A stretch of DNA of 64,000 bases from Candidatus Latescibacterota bacterium (GCA_965219995.1 CBDCOX010000002.1:4192001-4256000); one strand, 5' to 3'; shown: positions 41,288 to 51,493, numbered from the stretch's first letter. The notes: generated from the letters alone by a model not told the origin. Program-made: numbers and translations.

Positions 41288-41632
41288 ATGAACATCAGAA
41301 GATACCCGGGAAGGGCCGTGGGCCGCAGCGAATCCGTCGAACACAATGGCATCGTGTATACGGCCGTCATCGCGGCGGACCTGACAGCGGACTTCGGGGA
41401 GCAGACCCGGCAGGCGCTTGCGCAGTTGGACGCGAATCTCACTGAGGCCGGATCGGACAGAACGCGACTCCTTTCCGCGACGGTCTACATCACGGATATG
41501 GCCAGGAAACCCGTCCTCAACGAAATCTGGGACGCGTGGATCGGGCCGGACAACTGGCCGCAGCGCGCCTGCGTGGAGGTCGGATTGGAGGGAAATACTC
41601 TTGTGGAGATCGTCGCGGTCGCCGCGAAATAG
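41288..41632 (+). CDS. RidA/YoaB family protein
   Basis: QTRQAL..LD..L..AG, NEIWDAW, PQRACV, VEI. Confidence 0.9.
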   Translation: MNIRRYPGRAVGRSESVEHNGIVYTAVIAADLTADFGEQTRQALAQLDANLTEAGSDRTRLLSATVYITDMARKPVLNEIWDAWIGPDNWPQRACVEVGLEGNTLVEIVAVAAK

Positions 41633-41655
41633 GCGGAGCAATCGGAGCGGGAAAG

Positions 41656-42474
41656 ATGCGGGAAAGCAAGGTCGTTGAGAAAACAAAGGCGCCCGCGACG
41701 GTGGATTCTCTGCAGTCGGATCTCAGTGCGCTTGGCATCGCGCCCGGGATGGTCGTTCTGGTCCACTCGTCTCTGAGTGCAATGGGATGGGTGTGCGGAG
41801 GTGCCGTGGCGGTCATTCTTGCCCTTCAGGAGGCGCTGGGCCCCGATGGAACGCTCGTGATGCCCGCGCACTCTCCCGGGCTCAGCGAGCCGGCCAAGTG
41901 GGAAAACCCTCCCGTACCCGAGTCCTGGTGGCCGGTGATACGCGCAAACATGCCGGCGTACGATCCCGCGCTTACGCCGACCGGCAATATGGGCGTAATC
42001 GCAGAGACCTTCCGAATGCAGCGCGGGGTTCTCCGCAGTTCGCATCCGCAGGTCTCGTTCTGCGCTTGTGGGCCTCAAGCGGCGCATATCATAGATGGTC
42101 ATTCATTGGCGTTTGGCCTTGGCGAAGATTCGCCGCTCGCGAGAGTCTACGATCTGAACGGTCTTGTCCTGCTCCTCGGTGCGAGTCATGGATCCAATAC
42201 ATCCATGCACCTCTCGGAATACCGGGCGAATTTTCCAACCCGGCGTATTGTGCAGGAAGGCGCTCCCGTTTCCGTTTCCGGCTCGAGGCGATGGACGACC
42301 TTCGAAGAGGTTGAGCCGGACAGTTCCGATTTCGAACGAATCGGAGGGGATTTTCTCCGGTCCGACGCGGGGAACGCCCTCCGTCAGGGCAGGGTCGGTC
42401 TGGCCGACTGCCAGCTCATGCCGCAACGCAACGTCGTGGACTTCGCAGTCGGCTGGATGGAGGAGAATAGATAG
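41656..42474 (+). CDS. AAC(3)/YokD-like N-acetyltransferase
   Basis: LVHSSLS..GWVCGG, GTLVMP, RSSHPQVSF, NTSMHLSE. Confidence 0.9.
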   Translation: MRESKVVEKTKAPATVDSLQSDLSALGIAPGMVVLVHSSLSAMGWVCGGAVAVILALQEALGPDGTLVMPAHSPGLSEPAKWENPPVPESWWPVIRANMPAYDPALTPTGNMGVIAETFRMQRGVLRSSHPQVSFCACGPQAAHIIDGHSLAFGLGEDSPLARVYDLNGLVLLLGASHGSNTSMHLSEYRANFPTRRIVQEGAPVSVSGSRRWTTFEEVEPDSSDFERIGGDFLRSDAGNALRQGRVGLADCQLMPQRNVVDFAVGWMEENR

Positions 42475-42476
42475 AA

Positions 42477-42662
42477 ATGAAAGAAGTGAAACGAGACGTG
42501 GGCCGCGAGATTCTGGAAGGGTTGCGAGAACTCAGGCGAGGCGAGCATGGACGGGTGATCGATGTACCGGATGTCAGGGGGATTCAGAAGGAGGCCGGAG
42601 GTACGGATCGTTCGTCGAATCGCCGGACGCCCGGGCGTCCGACGTCGAAGCGCGTGCTTTAA
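42477..42662 (+). pseudogene. truncated HTH antitoxin (N-terminus only)
   Basis: KRDVGREILEGLRELRRGEHGRVIDVPDVRGI, then degenerates before the HTH. Confidence 0.55.
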
Positions 42663-42741
42663 CGACAACTGATGACGAAGGCGCGCGGCTTCTGCCGGTG
42701 CATCGACATTGAGACCGATTTCCAAGCCGGAGGGGCGAAAT

Positions 42742-44394
42742 ATGTGGGCTTCATTGCGGGAATTTCTTCGAATTCCCGGTGAACTCACAGGTAGAAATGT
42801 CCGAATTGCCGTCATAGACGGTGAATTCCCGAAACACCCGGATATCAGCACCAATGACCGGCGGACGTCCTACCTGGTTCCCGGCATGTCAGAGTCCGAT
42901 GCGACTCCCGAAGTGTTCACCGCGGAACCGGGACCGTGGAACGGAGGCTGGCACGCGCTGTGCGCGGCGGCGGCTGCCGGAGGATCCGGGGCCGAATCCG
43001 GAGGACTGTACACTGGCGCGGCGCCGGAAGCGGACCTGTTTCTCATTGCGATGTATTCGAGAGAGCCGGGATGGGAGGGTGAAAAGGCACACATCAAAGC
43101 GCTGGAATGGGTTCGAGCTAACTGGAGGAAGTACGAAATACGTGGTGTGTTGTCGTCGCGGAAGAGTCAGATAGGCTCAGGTGTATTCCCGTGGCAGACC
43201 GACCGGCGCCGAATCCTGTGTGAGGAGCTGGTCGCCGACGGTTTGCTCGTGGTCTCCTCATCGGGGAATCGACCGGACGAGACCACTGCCATTGCCGAAG
43301 CCGCGGCCCCGTCCGTCCTTTCGGTTGGCGGCGTCGCAATTCCGCCGGATGGGGACTCGGACCGGGCAATGATGTACCAGGGGTGTCGGGGAACCACGTT
43401 CGAGGACAAATGGGTGCCTGAGGTACTGGCCCCGGCGCAAAACGTCGTCCTTCCACACAGAAACGACGAAGAGATCGAAACCCATTACTACGGAAACATG
43501 GACGATCTGCCGGCCCGATACGCCAGAACAGCGGGAACCTCGTTCTCGGGCCCGGCGCTTCTCGGGGCGGCGGCCTGTGTGTGGCAGGCGCATCCGGACT
43601 GGACCGCAAGTGAAATGAAATCGGTCCTGGTCTCGACGTCGTTGGCGAAGTCTGCGTGGTCCGGATTGCGTGCCGGCCTCGTGTCGGTTACCGACGCCGT
43701 GGCCGGAGGTCCGCCAGGGGCCAACTGTGATCCTGCGAAAAGTCCGTTTCAGACCTGGTCGTCGTTGCGGAAAATCACTCCGGAAGACAGGTTGAATCAG
43801 ATCGAGAGTGACAATCCCGATGACGTCCGGGAAGCCATCCTTTCGTTCATTGGCGACGATCTGTCAGATCGTACAACCCGTGCGATTTGCAAACAGACAA
43901 CGCATCGTGTGCCTCATGTACGCGCCGCGGCCTTGTGTGCGGTTGCACACGGACGCAGGGTCCTGGTGAATTCGGCCTATGCACTTGAAGCGCTTCGAGA
44001 TTCTTCGCAGGTCGTCCGAATGGCGGGTGTTTATCTGTTAATGCGGCGTTCGGACTTCTGGTGGGATTGCCGAGAATGCCTTGCGGATTGCTTCTACGAT
44101 TCAAGCCTTGACGTCAGAATCGAGTCTCTTGTTCTCGCCAGGAGAATGGCGTACCCGGAATTCTCGGGAGGGATCGCCGCCGGTCTTGAAGAGGACGCCC
44201 GAATGGGGCGCATTGCGAATTTCGCCGCTCGAAGAGACGCGCTTGAGGCGCTGACGGGACAGCAATTGCCGACGCGCCCTCCATATAAATTCGGGCAACC
44301 CTCGCAGGGGGATCCGCTGAAGGTTGCCCGTGTGTATCTTGCGTGTCGATGGCAGGATTGGCTGAGCGAAAACTGGGAAACGCGGCGCAGGTAG
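42742..44394 (+). CDS. S8 subtilase with C-terminal HEAT-like repeats
   Basis: IAVIDG (Asp), WHAL (His), SSGN, GTSFSGP (Ser); VRAAAL/VRMAG/VRIES repeats. Confidence 0.8.
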   Translation: MWASLREFLRIPGELTGRNVRIAVIDGEFPKHPDISTNDRRTSYLVPGMSESDATPEVFTAEPGPWNGGWHALCAAAAAGGSGAESGGLYTGAAPEADLFLIAMYSREPGWEGEKAHIKALEWVRANWRKYEIRGVLSSRKSQIGSGVFPWQTDRRRILCEELVADGLLVVSSSGNRPDETTAIAEAAAPSVLSVGGVAIPPDGDSDRAMMYQGCRGTTFEDKWVPEVLAPAQNVVLPHRNDEEIETHYYGNMDDLPARYARTAGTSFSGPALLGAAACVWQAHPDWTASEMKSVLVSTSLAKSAWSGLRAGLVSVTDAVAGGPPGANCDPAKSPFQTWSSLRKITPEDRLNQIESDNPDDVREAILSFIGDDLSDRTTRAICKQTTHRVPHVRAAALCAVAHGRRVLVNSAYALEALRDSSQVVRMAGVYLLMRRSDFWWDCRECLADCFYDSSLDVRIESLVLARRMAYPEFSGGIAAGLEEDARMGRIANFAARRDALEALTGQQLPTRPPYKFGQPSQGDPLKVARVYLACRWQDWLSENWETRRR

Positions 44395-44407
44395 ATCCAA
44401 TGTACCC

Positions 44408-45211
44408 TTATTCGACCACCACCAGCACGGCTTCGCCCTTAAGTAGGCTGTTGACCAGAGTGACGTGGGTGCCGTCACCGCTCAGGCTGACTGTATAGTC
44501 CTTGTCTTTTTTCAGTTTTCCGGAACGGCCGATCAGTTCTTTCAGTTTCTTTCCGCGTTCCAGGGTCAAGCGCTCGCCGATCGCGAAATACTTGACCTTC
44601 ATGTCCTTGTGTCCGGGTTTCTGGACCAGTTTGTACCCTTTGCGGAAGAACCTTCGGCCGGTCTCCAGGAATCCGTCCGCCTTGAGACCATCCTCCGTGC
44701 CCACCACCACGCGCACCGCGTTCTTTGCCTGGTCGAGTTCAGCTTCCGTCTTTTCGATATTCTGTTGCGCCGTATCCAGGTCCTGTGACAACTTCATTGC
44801 AACGTCTCTCTGGTCGCGCAGCGCGACGGTGAGGCTGTCCGATTCGGTAATCAGACGGTCGATTTTCGCTGCGTCGGCCACCTTCTGCTCTTCCAGTTCG
44901 GCGATCGCTGCCTGCAACTCTTCGTTTTTGCGCCTGCGCTGCTCGGCAATGGCGCGATATTTCTTGACTTCCTTCTGGAGTTGTTGGTTTTTCTCCTGCA
45001 GGAGCATCTCGAACTTGGTGAGGCTGTCGAGTTGCGTTTTCAGGGTGACGAGTTCGGTCTGGGCGCTTCCAACCTCGGTCTCCAGGGAGTCGATGCTGGC
45101 TTCTTTCTGTGCAATGACCCGTTTCTGTCTTTCCACTTCGCTTTCTCCGCATGCGCTCAGGCCGATGCAGAGGAGCAGGGCGAAGGATATACCCGAGAAA
45201 ATCCTGTTCAT
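44408..45211 (-). CDS. coiled-coil lipoprotein
   Basis: Lipobox LSAC; long heptad region; VVVGTEDGL C-terminal domain. Confidence 0.75.
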   Translation of the reverse strand: MNRIFSGISFALLLCIGLSACGESEVERQKRVIAQKEASIDSLETEVGSAQTELVTLKTQLDSLTKFEMLLQEKNQQLQKEVKKYRAIAEQRRRKNEELQAAIAELEEQKVADAAKIDRLITESDSLTVALRDQRDVAMKLSQDLDTAQQNIEKTEAELDQAKNAVRVVVGTEDGLKADGFLETGRRFFRKGYKLVQKPGHKDMKVKYFAIGERLTLERGKKLKELIGRSGKLKKDKDYTVSLSGDGTHVTLVNSLLKGEAVLVVVE

Positions 45212-45608
45212 GCGTTCGTCTCCCTTGTTAGGGTTTGCGGTAAGGCCCCGATGCGTAACATCAGGAGCCGTTTTTTTCGTCGCCAACTGTCTTTTCAGCG
45301 TATGTGGCTGAATCGCGAATTCGGTGTTGATGCTGCCTGAACCGTGAAGCCCATGCATCTGGCGACCGCGACTGATTCGCCTGGTGGAATGCGATTTAGT
45401 CAGCCCGACCTGCTCACCCCTTATACATAATGAATTCCGCCACTTTCTGCAAGGTATATACCTGCAAAAAGAGGTAAACTGATGCACACGCGGGTTACCG
45501 GACCGCCTGATCAAACCGGGAACAGGTTTCGAACGCAGTCGAAGAAAATCACGAACTTTTCAAACGGGGTAGCTGCGTCACAGTCGGTTATGCTGATGAA
45601 GCGGATGT

Positions 45609-45636
45609 GAGGGTGGGACAGACGTTCCTGTCTGCC
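45609..45636. repeat. REP-like palindrome
   Basis: GAGGGTGGGACAGACGTTCCTGTCTGCC, near-identical to 48892-48919. Confidence 0.7.
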
Positions 45637-45759
45637 TGCTTCAATGACGACGATGTCTCCGCGGTGTGAGATAGCGTAAACTGGAGAGTGCTCCCTCTAA
45701 CAAATGAACGCACACCAGCGTTATATTTCGATCCTTCAGACACGGCAAGGAACTACACG

Positions 45760-46281
45760 ATGATTTTATCCGGAAAGATGATCCACGAGCAAATGGGAAA
45801 GGACATCATCATCGAGCCGTTCGATCAGGCCAGGCTCAATCCGAACAGCTACAATCTCTCTCTCGCCGATGAACTGATGGTGTACGAGGATGGCGTTCTC
45901 GATATGAAAAAGAGGAACCGGACGCGGTCCATTGTGATTCCCGAGGACGGTTACGAGATGCAACCCCGTAAGCTCTATCTCGGCCGAACGGCGGAGTTCA
46001 CAAAAACTGACAATTGTGTTCCCATGCTCGAGGGACGCTCGTCCGTGGGCAGGCTCGGGCTGTTTGTGCACGTCACCGCGGGTTTCGGCGACGTGGGATT
46101 CGCCGGCTACTGGACGCTCGAGATGTTCTGCATACAGCCGGTCCGGATCTATCCGAACGTCGAAATCTGCCAGATCTACTATCATACGCTGGAGGGCGAT
46201 TTCGAGACCTACAAGAGTGCGAAATACCAGAACAACCGGGGCATCCAGCCCAGCCGCATGTATCTGGATTTTATCGGATGA
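45760..46281 (+). CDS. dcd: dCTP deaminase
   Basis: MILSG, NPNSYNL, EGRSSVGRLGL..H.TAGFGDVGF.G.WTLE, KYQ. Confidence 0.95.
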   Translation: MILSGKMIHEQMGKDIIIEPFDQARLNPNSYNLSLADELMVYEDGVLDMKKRNRTRSIVIPEDGYEMQPRKLYLGRTAEFTKTDNCVPMLEGRSSVGRLGLFVHVTAGFGDVGFAGYWTLEMFCIQPVRIYPNVEICQIYYHTLEGDFETYKSAKYQNNRGIQPSRMYLDFIG

Positions 46282-46883
46282 ATTCGCCGCAAACTGAGGT
46301 TGTTATCGCACACTTCCGGAATCAGGCGGGCAGTGATTTGAATCGTCACGAAGAAATGCAGACGTTCCTGGCGGGCAAGACGCCCTTTCACGAGGCGGAA
46401 GATGTGTGGGCGGACGGGACCATTCCTCTGCGCATACGCTATTTCCGCTCCGATGAACAGCCGCCGGAGGAGTACATTACTTCCGTTCGATGTCTCGTCT
46501 TTCAGGATGATTCCGTTCTGGTTGTCGGCAACCCCGAAGGCAGGCACATTCTGCCCGGAGGACGCCGAGAAGCGGGAGAAACTTACGAACAGACGCTGCG
46601 CCGCGAAGTCGCTGAGGAGACCGGGTGGTCCATTGAATCCATTTCGCGTCTGGGATTTATTCACCTGGAACATCTCGGACCGAAGCCGCCCGGATACCGG
46701 TTTCCCCATCCTCGCTTTTTTCAGGTCGTTTATGTTGCCCACGCTTCCGAATATGTGCCTGATTCAGTGTGCGACGATGACTACGAAGAAGAAGTGACAT
46801 TTGTCTCATCAGGTAAACTGCACAGATTGGGCATATCCGAAGCCGAGTCGGGATTTGTCCGGTTTGCGAGAGACAGGATTTGA
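46278..46883 (+). CDS. NUDIX hydrolase
   Basis: PGGRREAGETYEQTLRREVAEETG; ATGA overlap with dcd. Confidence 0.88.
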   Translation: MNSPQTEVVIAHFRNQAGSDLNRHEEMQTFLAGKTPFHEAEDVWADGTIPLRIRYFRSDEQPPEEYITSVRCLVFQDDSVLVVGNPEGRHILPGGRREAGETYEQTLRREVAEETGWSIESISRLGFIHLEHLGPKPPGYRFPHPRFFQVVYVAHASEYVPDSVCDDDYEEEVTFVSSGKLHRLGISEAESGFVRFARDRI

Positions 46884-47323
46884 TCGTGTTCAGGATCGGT
46901 GTTTTCGGCATCATTACCGATGACGAGGACCGCGTCCTGCTGTGCCACCGGCGCGACTTCGATCTTTGGAACCTGCCCGGCGGCGGCGTTGAGGAAGGCG
47001 AGAGTCCGTGGGATGCGCTCGTGCGGGAGATAGAAGAAGAGACAGGTCTGAGGGCGGCGCCCGAACATCTCAGCGGCGTTTACTGCAAACCGGACCGGAA
47101 CGAGGTTGTATTTTCGTTCTACCGCCGGGTGACCGGAGGCGCGACCCGGTTCACGAACGAGGCGGACCGGATCGAATACTTCCCATTGGATCGTATCCCC
47201 GGGAACACCGTACCGAAACAGGTGGAGCGCATCAGGGATTACTTCGCGGACAGGACGAGGACCCATTGCAATGTACAAACTGGCCCTTCTGCCATTGAGT
47301 TGATTAAGCAGGGTAAGATCTGA
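46880..47323 (+). CDS. NUDIX hydrolase
   Basis: PGGGVEEGESPWDALVREIEEETG; TTGA overlap. Confidence 0.9.
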   Translation: MIVFRIGVFGIITDDEDRVLLCHRRDFDLWNLPGGGVEEGESPWDALVREIEEETGLRAAPEHLSGVYCKPDRNEVVFSFYRRVTGGATRFTNEADRIEYFPLDRIPGNTVPKQVERIRDYFADRTRTHCNVQTGPSAIELIKQGKI

Positions 47324-47383
47324 GCCGACCGTCTATTGTTCAGATTCGCGTCATTGCGTCGCGTCTGACCGGTCATTAACGAA

Positions 47384-47992
47384 ATGACAGATTCAACAAT
47401 CATTGGTGTGGCGATCGTCCTGAAAGAGAAGGATGGCTTTCTTTTCGAGCTCCAGAGATCCGCGAAGTGGAAACGCGGTAGGGATGGGGTCCTGGAAATC
47501 GGATTGAGTTGCATCGGCGGCACGGTGGAAGAAGGGGAGTCCCTCGAATGCGCGCTGCAGAGGGAAGCGATGGAGGAAATCGGATGCAGGGTTGCGTTCG
47601 ATCCATCGCACCGTCCCTTTTCGATGGACCCCGCCGGAAACGTGTCGCCGCTTGCGCAGGGAGACGTTCCGGATGGCGTACAGTTCCTGTGGGAGGGAAA
47701 CGACCCGGGATATGTCCCCGGTGCAAAGGTGGCGGTGTATGCGGGCCGTACGACCGGGCGGGCCGAGCCAGGCGATCTCTCGGCCGTCGCGACGTTGAAG
47801 CCGGAATTGTTCTTTGAACTCGCGACAGAGCATCTCACTGTCGAGGGCCTTCGGCGTCGTGGTGGCATTCTCCGAGAGCGGATACCCGTCCCGCGCTCGG
47901 CTCGGGTGAAGCCGGTGGGAACGGCCGCCAGGCTTCTGGACCTCAGTCGACGACATCCTGATCTGTTGCAGCGCTTTTTGGGTGAAAGGTGA
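47384..47992 (+). CDS. NUDIX hydrolase
   Basis: GGTVEEGESLECALQREAMEEIG. Confidence 0.82.
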   Translation: MTDSTIIGVAIVLKEKDGFLFELQRSAKWKRGRDGVLEIGLSCIGGTVEEGESLECALQREAMEEIGCRVAFDPSHRPFSMDPAGNVSPLAQGDVPDGVQFLWEGNDPGYVPGAKVAVYAGRTTGRAEPGDLSAVATLKPELFFELATEHLTVEGLRRRGGILRERIPVPRSARVKPVGTAARLLDLSRRHPDLLQRFLGER

Positions 47993-48172
47993 TCCTGAGG
48001 TCGCTGCCGATTCCTTGCTGGACTGGAGGACGAATCCGCGCGCAGGCCTGCCGGTCTGGCTGACAGTGGCCGCATCGGCGCCGTGACGAATACCGACAAT
48101 CGATTCGCAACCCGTTCAAGGATAAGATTACTCCTGGTTAAACGCCATCGAACATAGAAAGGAATTCGTCTT

Positions 48173-48838
48173 ATGCAATCACATCTGGCCCTTCTTCACA
48201 CGACACCGGTGCTGATCGATACATTTGATCGTCTTATTGAGGACGCTGATCTGGACCTACCCGTCAGACATATTGTGGAAGAGGAATTCCTGGCGGAAGC
48301 TCGCGAAGAGGGTATCAGCCAGGACCTGGACGACCGGATCGGCGGCCGCATCCGCTCAGCTGTCGAAGAGGGCGCGGCCGTGGTTCTCTGCACGTGTTCT
48401 TCCATCGGCGGAAGCGCGGAAAGAGCGAATGATTCGGCAGGTGGCGTGGTAATCCGGGTCGATCGCCCAATGGCCGAGAAGGCCGTCGAAATCGGCTCCC
48501 GGATCGTCATCGCAGCCGCGCTCGAGAGTACGCTCGCACCGACTCGCGACCTCATTCTCGAAACAGCCGGCGCGCGTCAAAAGTGCGTCGAGCTCATCGA
48601 GGTGTTGTGTGACGAGGCCTGGAGCCGGCTCGAGGCCGGAGACCAGCAGGGATACTTGAGCGAAATCGCGCGAAAGATCAAGGAAATTGCGCTTGAAGGA
48701 GACGTCATTGTCCTGGCGCAGGCCTCGATGGCGGGCGCGGCGGACCTGTGCCCGGAAGTCTCAATTCCCATCCTCAGCAGCCCCGGAATCGGCCTGCAGC
48801 GTGCAATCGAAATCTGGAAACAAAAAAGTGGAGCCTGA
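48173..48838 (+). CDS. Asp/Glu/hydantoin racemase-like protein
   Basis: LCTCSSIG, RVDRPMA, IVLAQASMA, PILSSP. Confidence 0.8.
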   Translation: MQSHLALLHTTPVLIDTFDRLIEDADLDLPVRHIVEEEFLAEAREEGISQDLDDRIGGRIRSAVEEGAAVVLCTCSSIGGSAERANDSAGGVVIRVDRPMAEKAVEIGSRIVIAAALESTLAPTRDLILETAGARQKCVELIEVLCDEAWSRLEAGDQQGYLSEIARKIKEIALEGDVIVLAQASMAGAADLCPEVSIPILSSPGIGLQRAIEIWKQKSGA

Positions 48839-48891
48839 CGCGAATCATTCATCCCCCTGATGGCCTGTCTCGACGTCGACGAAGCGTGTGA

Positions 48892-48919
48892 GAGGGTGGG
48901 GCAGACATTCCTGTCTGCC
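48892..48919. repeat. REP-like palindrome
   Basis: GGCAGAC-ATTCCT-GTCTGCC stem; second copy of 45609-45636. Confidence 0.7.
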
Positions 48920-48945
48920 CTCCTCGCCTCGATAATAAATTCAAA

Positions 48946-49821
48946 GTGAGACAATTCGCCCCGGCGATGGAACCCGCGAATACCTGTGAATCAATCGTCC
49001 TTGACGTCCTCGACGAGCCGGTCGAGTCGCTGGTTCGGGTAGATGAAGGCTGGACGAATGTCGTTCTGGAGGTGAACGGGAGGTGGATTTTCCGTTTTGT
49101 TCGAGATTTCGCGAATACGCAGCTTGCCGTTGAGAAGGCATTTCTGCCAGTGTTCAAGGAATGCTCACCGCTCCCGATCCCGGAAATACGGTATTCGGGC
49201 GCGAACTACATCGGCTACGAAAAGATCGATGGTGTCAAGTTTACCGAGTCTGTTTTCCGGAGTCTCGGCGCTAGAGAGAGGACAGCGTTTGCAACGTATC
49301 TCGGCGGATTCCTGTCCATCCTGCACGCTGTTTCTTTCGAACACCTTCATCTCAAGGCAGCCCCATTCGGGGGCCGGGATTTCTGGCGGGAGTTGTGGCC
49401 GGCCGCATCTCCGCATCTTGAAGGCCGTATTCGCAGTAAAGCCGAAACATATTTCAGGAATGTCATCCCGAGGGTAAACACTGCCGCATACCGGAACGTC
49501 GTTACGCATTCGGACTTCGGAACCGGCAACGTGCTGATCGATACGGCGCATTCGAGAATCGCCGGCGTGATCGACTTCGGCGACATCAGCATCGGCGATC
49601 CGGCGGCTGATTTCGCGACCTTCTGCCGCAGGTTCGGGAAGCCGTTCGCCGAGGACATGGTTGAAAACTACGACTTGCCGCTGGGGGACGATTTCTGGAT
49701 GAGGGTGGACTATGAGTCGAAGCGAAAGCTCTTTTTCGTTCTATTCTTTGCCCTGAATCACGGCTTCGACGAACACGTGCCCGGCATTATCCGCGGCATC
49801 GAGTCCCAATTCGCGGGATGA
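48946..49821 (+). CDS. aminoglycoside phosphotransferase-like kinase
   Basis: HSDFGTGN, GVIDFGD...GDPAAD. Confidence 0.88.
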   Translation: MRQFAPAMEPANTCESIVLDVLDEPVESLVRVDEGWTNVVLEVNGRWIFRFVRDFANTQLAVEKAFLPVFKECSPLPIPEIRYSGANYIGYEKIDGVKFTESVFRSLGARERTAFATYLGGFLSILHAVSFEHLHLKAAPFGGRDFWRELWPAASPHLEGRIRSKAETYFRNVIPRVNTAAYRNVVTHSDFGTGNVLIDTAHSRIAGVIDFGDISIGDPAADFATFCRRFGKPFAEDMVENYDLPLGDDFWMRVDYESKRKLFFVLFFALNHGFDEHVPGIIRGIESQFAG

Positions 49822-49856
49822 TGAGTTTGACATCCACATTGTTTCTCCAACCCCGC

Positions 49857-49881
49857 GTAGGGGCAACCCTTGTGGTTGCCC
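49857..49881. repeat. GTAG-type REP element
   Basis: GTAG-GGGCAACC-CTTGT-GGTTGCCC. Confidence 0.7.
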
Positions 49882-49926
49882 TGGCGATAGCGCCCATATT
49901 CACGAGCAATCAATCCAGGTGTTGAC

Positions 49927-50472
49927 ATGCTACCTGAGCTCATCGAGACAAACCGGTTGAAACTCAGGCCATACAGCCTCGAAGACGTCGAAGACGTTCT
50001 GTCGTATGCAACCGATCCCGAGTGGGCGCTCTATGTTCCTGTACCGCAACCCTACACGAGGGCAGATGCGGAGGAATTTCTGGCGCGCCAACTGTCGCAG
50101 GACAGCAACAAACGTGTGTCATGGGCAATTGAATACGCCGGATCCGCCGTCGGCGGCGTGAATATCGGGTTCGACTTCGGGAACCGCGTTGGCACAATCG
50201 GCTACGGCATCGCCCGGCGTTTATGGGGAAAGGGGCTGACCACGGAAGCGGCCGGCGCCGTGATCGACGAGGCCTTTGCCGGCATTCCCGATTTGAATCG
50301 CATTCAGGCTACGACCGACGAGCGAAACGTCGGTTCCCTTCGCGTCATGGAGAAGCTTGGCCTGGTCCGCGAGGGCGTCCTGCGCCAGGATCAATATGTG
50401 AATGGAGAGTTCAGGAACACGGTATGGTGCGGACTGTTGCGGTGCGAATGGGAGGCGGGAGGAAACCGGTAG
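49927..50472 (+). CDS. RimJ/RimL-type GNAT acetyltransferase
   Basis: ETNRLKLRP, WGKGLTTEAA, NVGSLRVMEKLG..REG. Confidence 0.9.
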   Translation: MLPELIETNRLKLRPYSLEDVEDVLSYATDPEWALYVPVPQPYTRADAEEFLARQLSQDSNKRVSWAIEYAGSAVGGVNIGFDFGNRVGTIGYGIARRLWGKGLTTEAAGAVIDEAFAGIPDLNRIQATTDERNVGSLRVMEKLGLVREGVLRQDQYVNGEFRNTVWCGLLRCEWEAGGNR

Positions 50473-50514
50473 GCTGAAATAGATACACTACATGAACTCA
50501 CATGGATAGACAGG

Positions 50515-50727
50515 ATGAACAGGATAAGAACCCGACGGCAGAGAAAGCGCACATCATTCCGACCTTTGGCGGAGACCGTTGAAAAGCGGAAGGCAAGAGA
50601 CCCCGAATTCGCCGAGAATTACGAAAGCCGCTATCTGGAATTCAAGACCGGTGTCTTGCTCCGGGAAGCCCGAAAAGAGGCCGGACAGACTGGGGATCGA
50701 GACCTCCAAACACCGCAAGACACCTGA
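50515..50727 (+). pseudogene. truncated HTH antitoxin
   Basis: RKARDPEFAENYE...FKTGVLLREARKEAG stops at the start of the HTH. Confidence 0.55.
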
Positions 50728-50764
50728 ACTCGGCTTCAGAAAAAACAACGGAGGACTCAAAGTC

Positions 50765-51493
50765 ATGGTTGAACAGACCGACAAACCGCTTGCTGGAAAG
50801 GGCGCTGTGATTACCGGCGCCGGTCGCGGCATCGGCCGAGCAATCGCGCTGGGCTACGCCCGGGCGGGGGCATCGGTCTGCTGCGCCGCGAGGACCGCAA
50901 GCGAGATCGAGGAAACCGTACAGGAGATCCGGGGAGAGGGCGGAACCGCGGTCGCGTTTCGTGCGGACGTATCGGAATGGCCGGATGTCCAGGCGCTGTT
51001 CGATTTCGCGGAGTCGGAGCTTGCCGGAATTGACATTGCAGTCCTCAATGCCGGCGTGAACGTCGACCACGGCTCCGTTGAGTGCGGCAATCCAGCGGCC
51101 TGGGAGGAGACCATTCGCATCAATCTCATCGGGGCCTACTATTGCGCCCGGGCGGCGATTCCGGCATTGAAGCAGCGTGGCGGCGGAAAGATCATCACCG
51201 TCGGCTCCGGCATGGGCCACAAGGGATTCGCGGAAAGCTCGGCCTACTGCTGTTCGAAGGCGGGCCTCTGGATGTTGACGCGCGTTCTCGCGCAGGAACT
51301 CCGCCAGTACAACATCAGCGTGAACGAACTCATTCCGGGACCGGTACGAACGGATATGGACGCCGTCCTCCACATCGAGGGCGAGTGGTTCAAGTCCCCC
51401 GAAGAGGTTGTGCCGATGGCGCTTTTCCTGGCGACACAGCCTCACGTCGGCCCCACCGCGCAGAGCTACAGCCTGATGCGGCGGGATTCGTAA
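50765..51493 (+). CDS. SDR family oxidoreductase
   Basis: TGAGRGIG, NAG, YCCSK (YxxxK). Confidence 0.92.
   Translation: MVEQTDKPLAGKGAVITGAGRGIGRAIALGYARAGASVCCAARTASEIEETVQEIRGEGGTAVAFRADVSEWPDVQALFDFAESELAGIDIAVLNAGVNVDHGSVECGNPAAWEETIRINLIGAYYCARAAIPALKQRGGGKIITVGSGMGHKGFAESSAYCCSKAGLWMLTRVLAQELRQYNISVNELIPGPVRTDMDAVLHIEGEWFKSPEEVVPMALFLATQPHVGPTAQSYSLMRRDS

Noticed and set aside
45215-45430. Riboswitch in the long leader of the coiled-coil lipoprotein
   Set aside because: Some stems, but no match to c-di-GMP, c-di-AMP or ZTP consensus by eye.
45760-46281. Anti-phage dCTP deaminase
   Set aside because: This is the housekeeping trimeric Dcd/dUTPase fold, not the Zn-dependent deaminase with a kinase-like domain used in defence.
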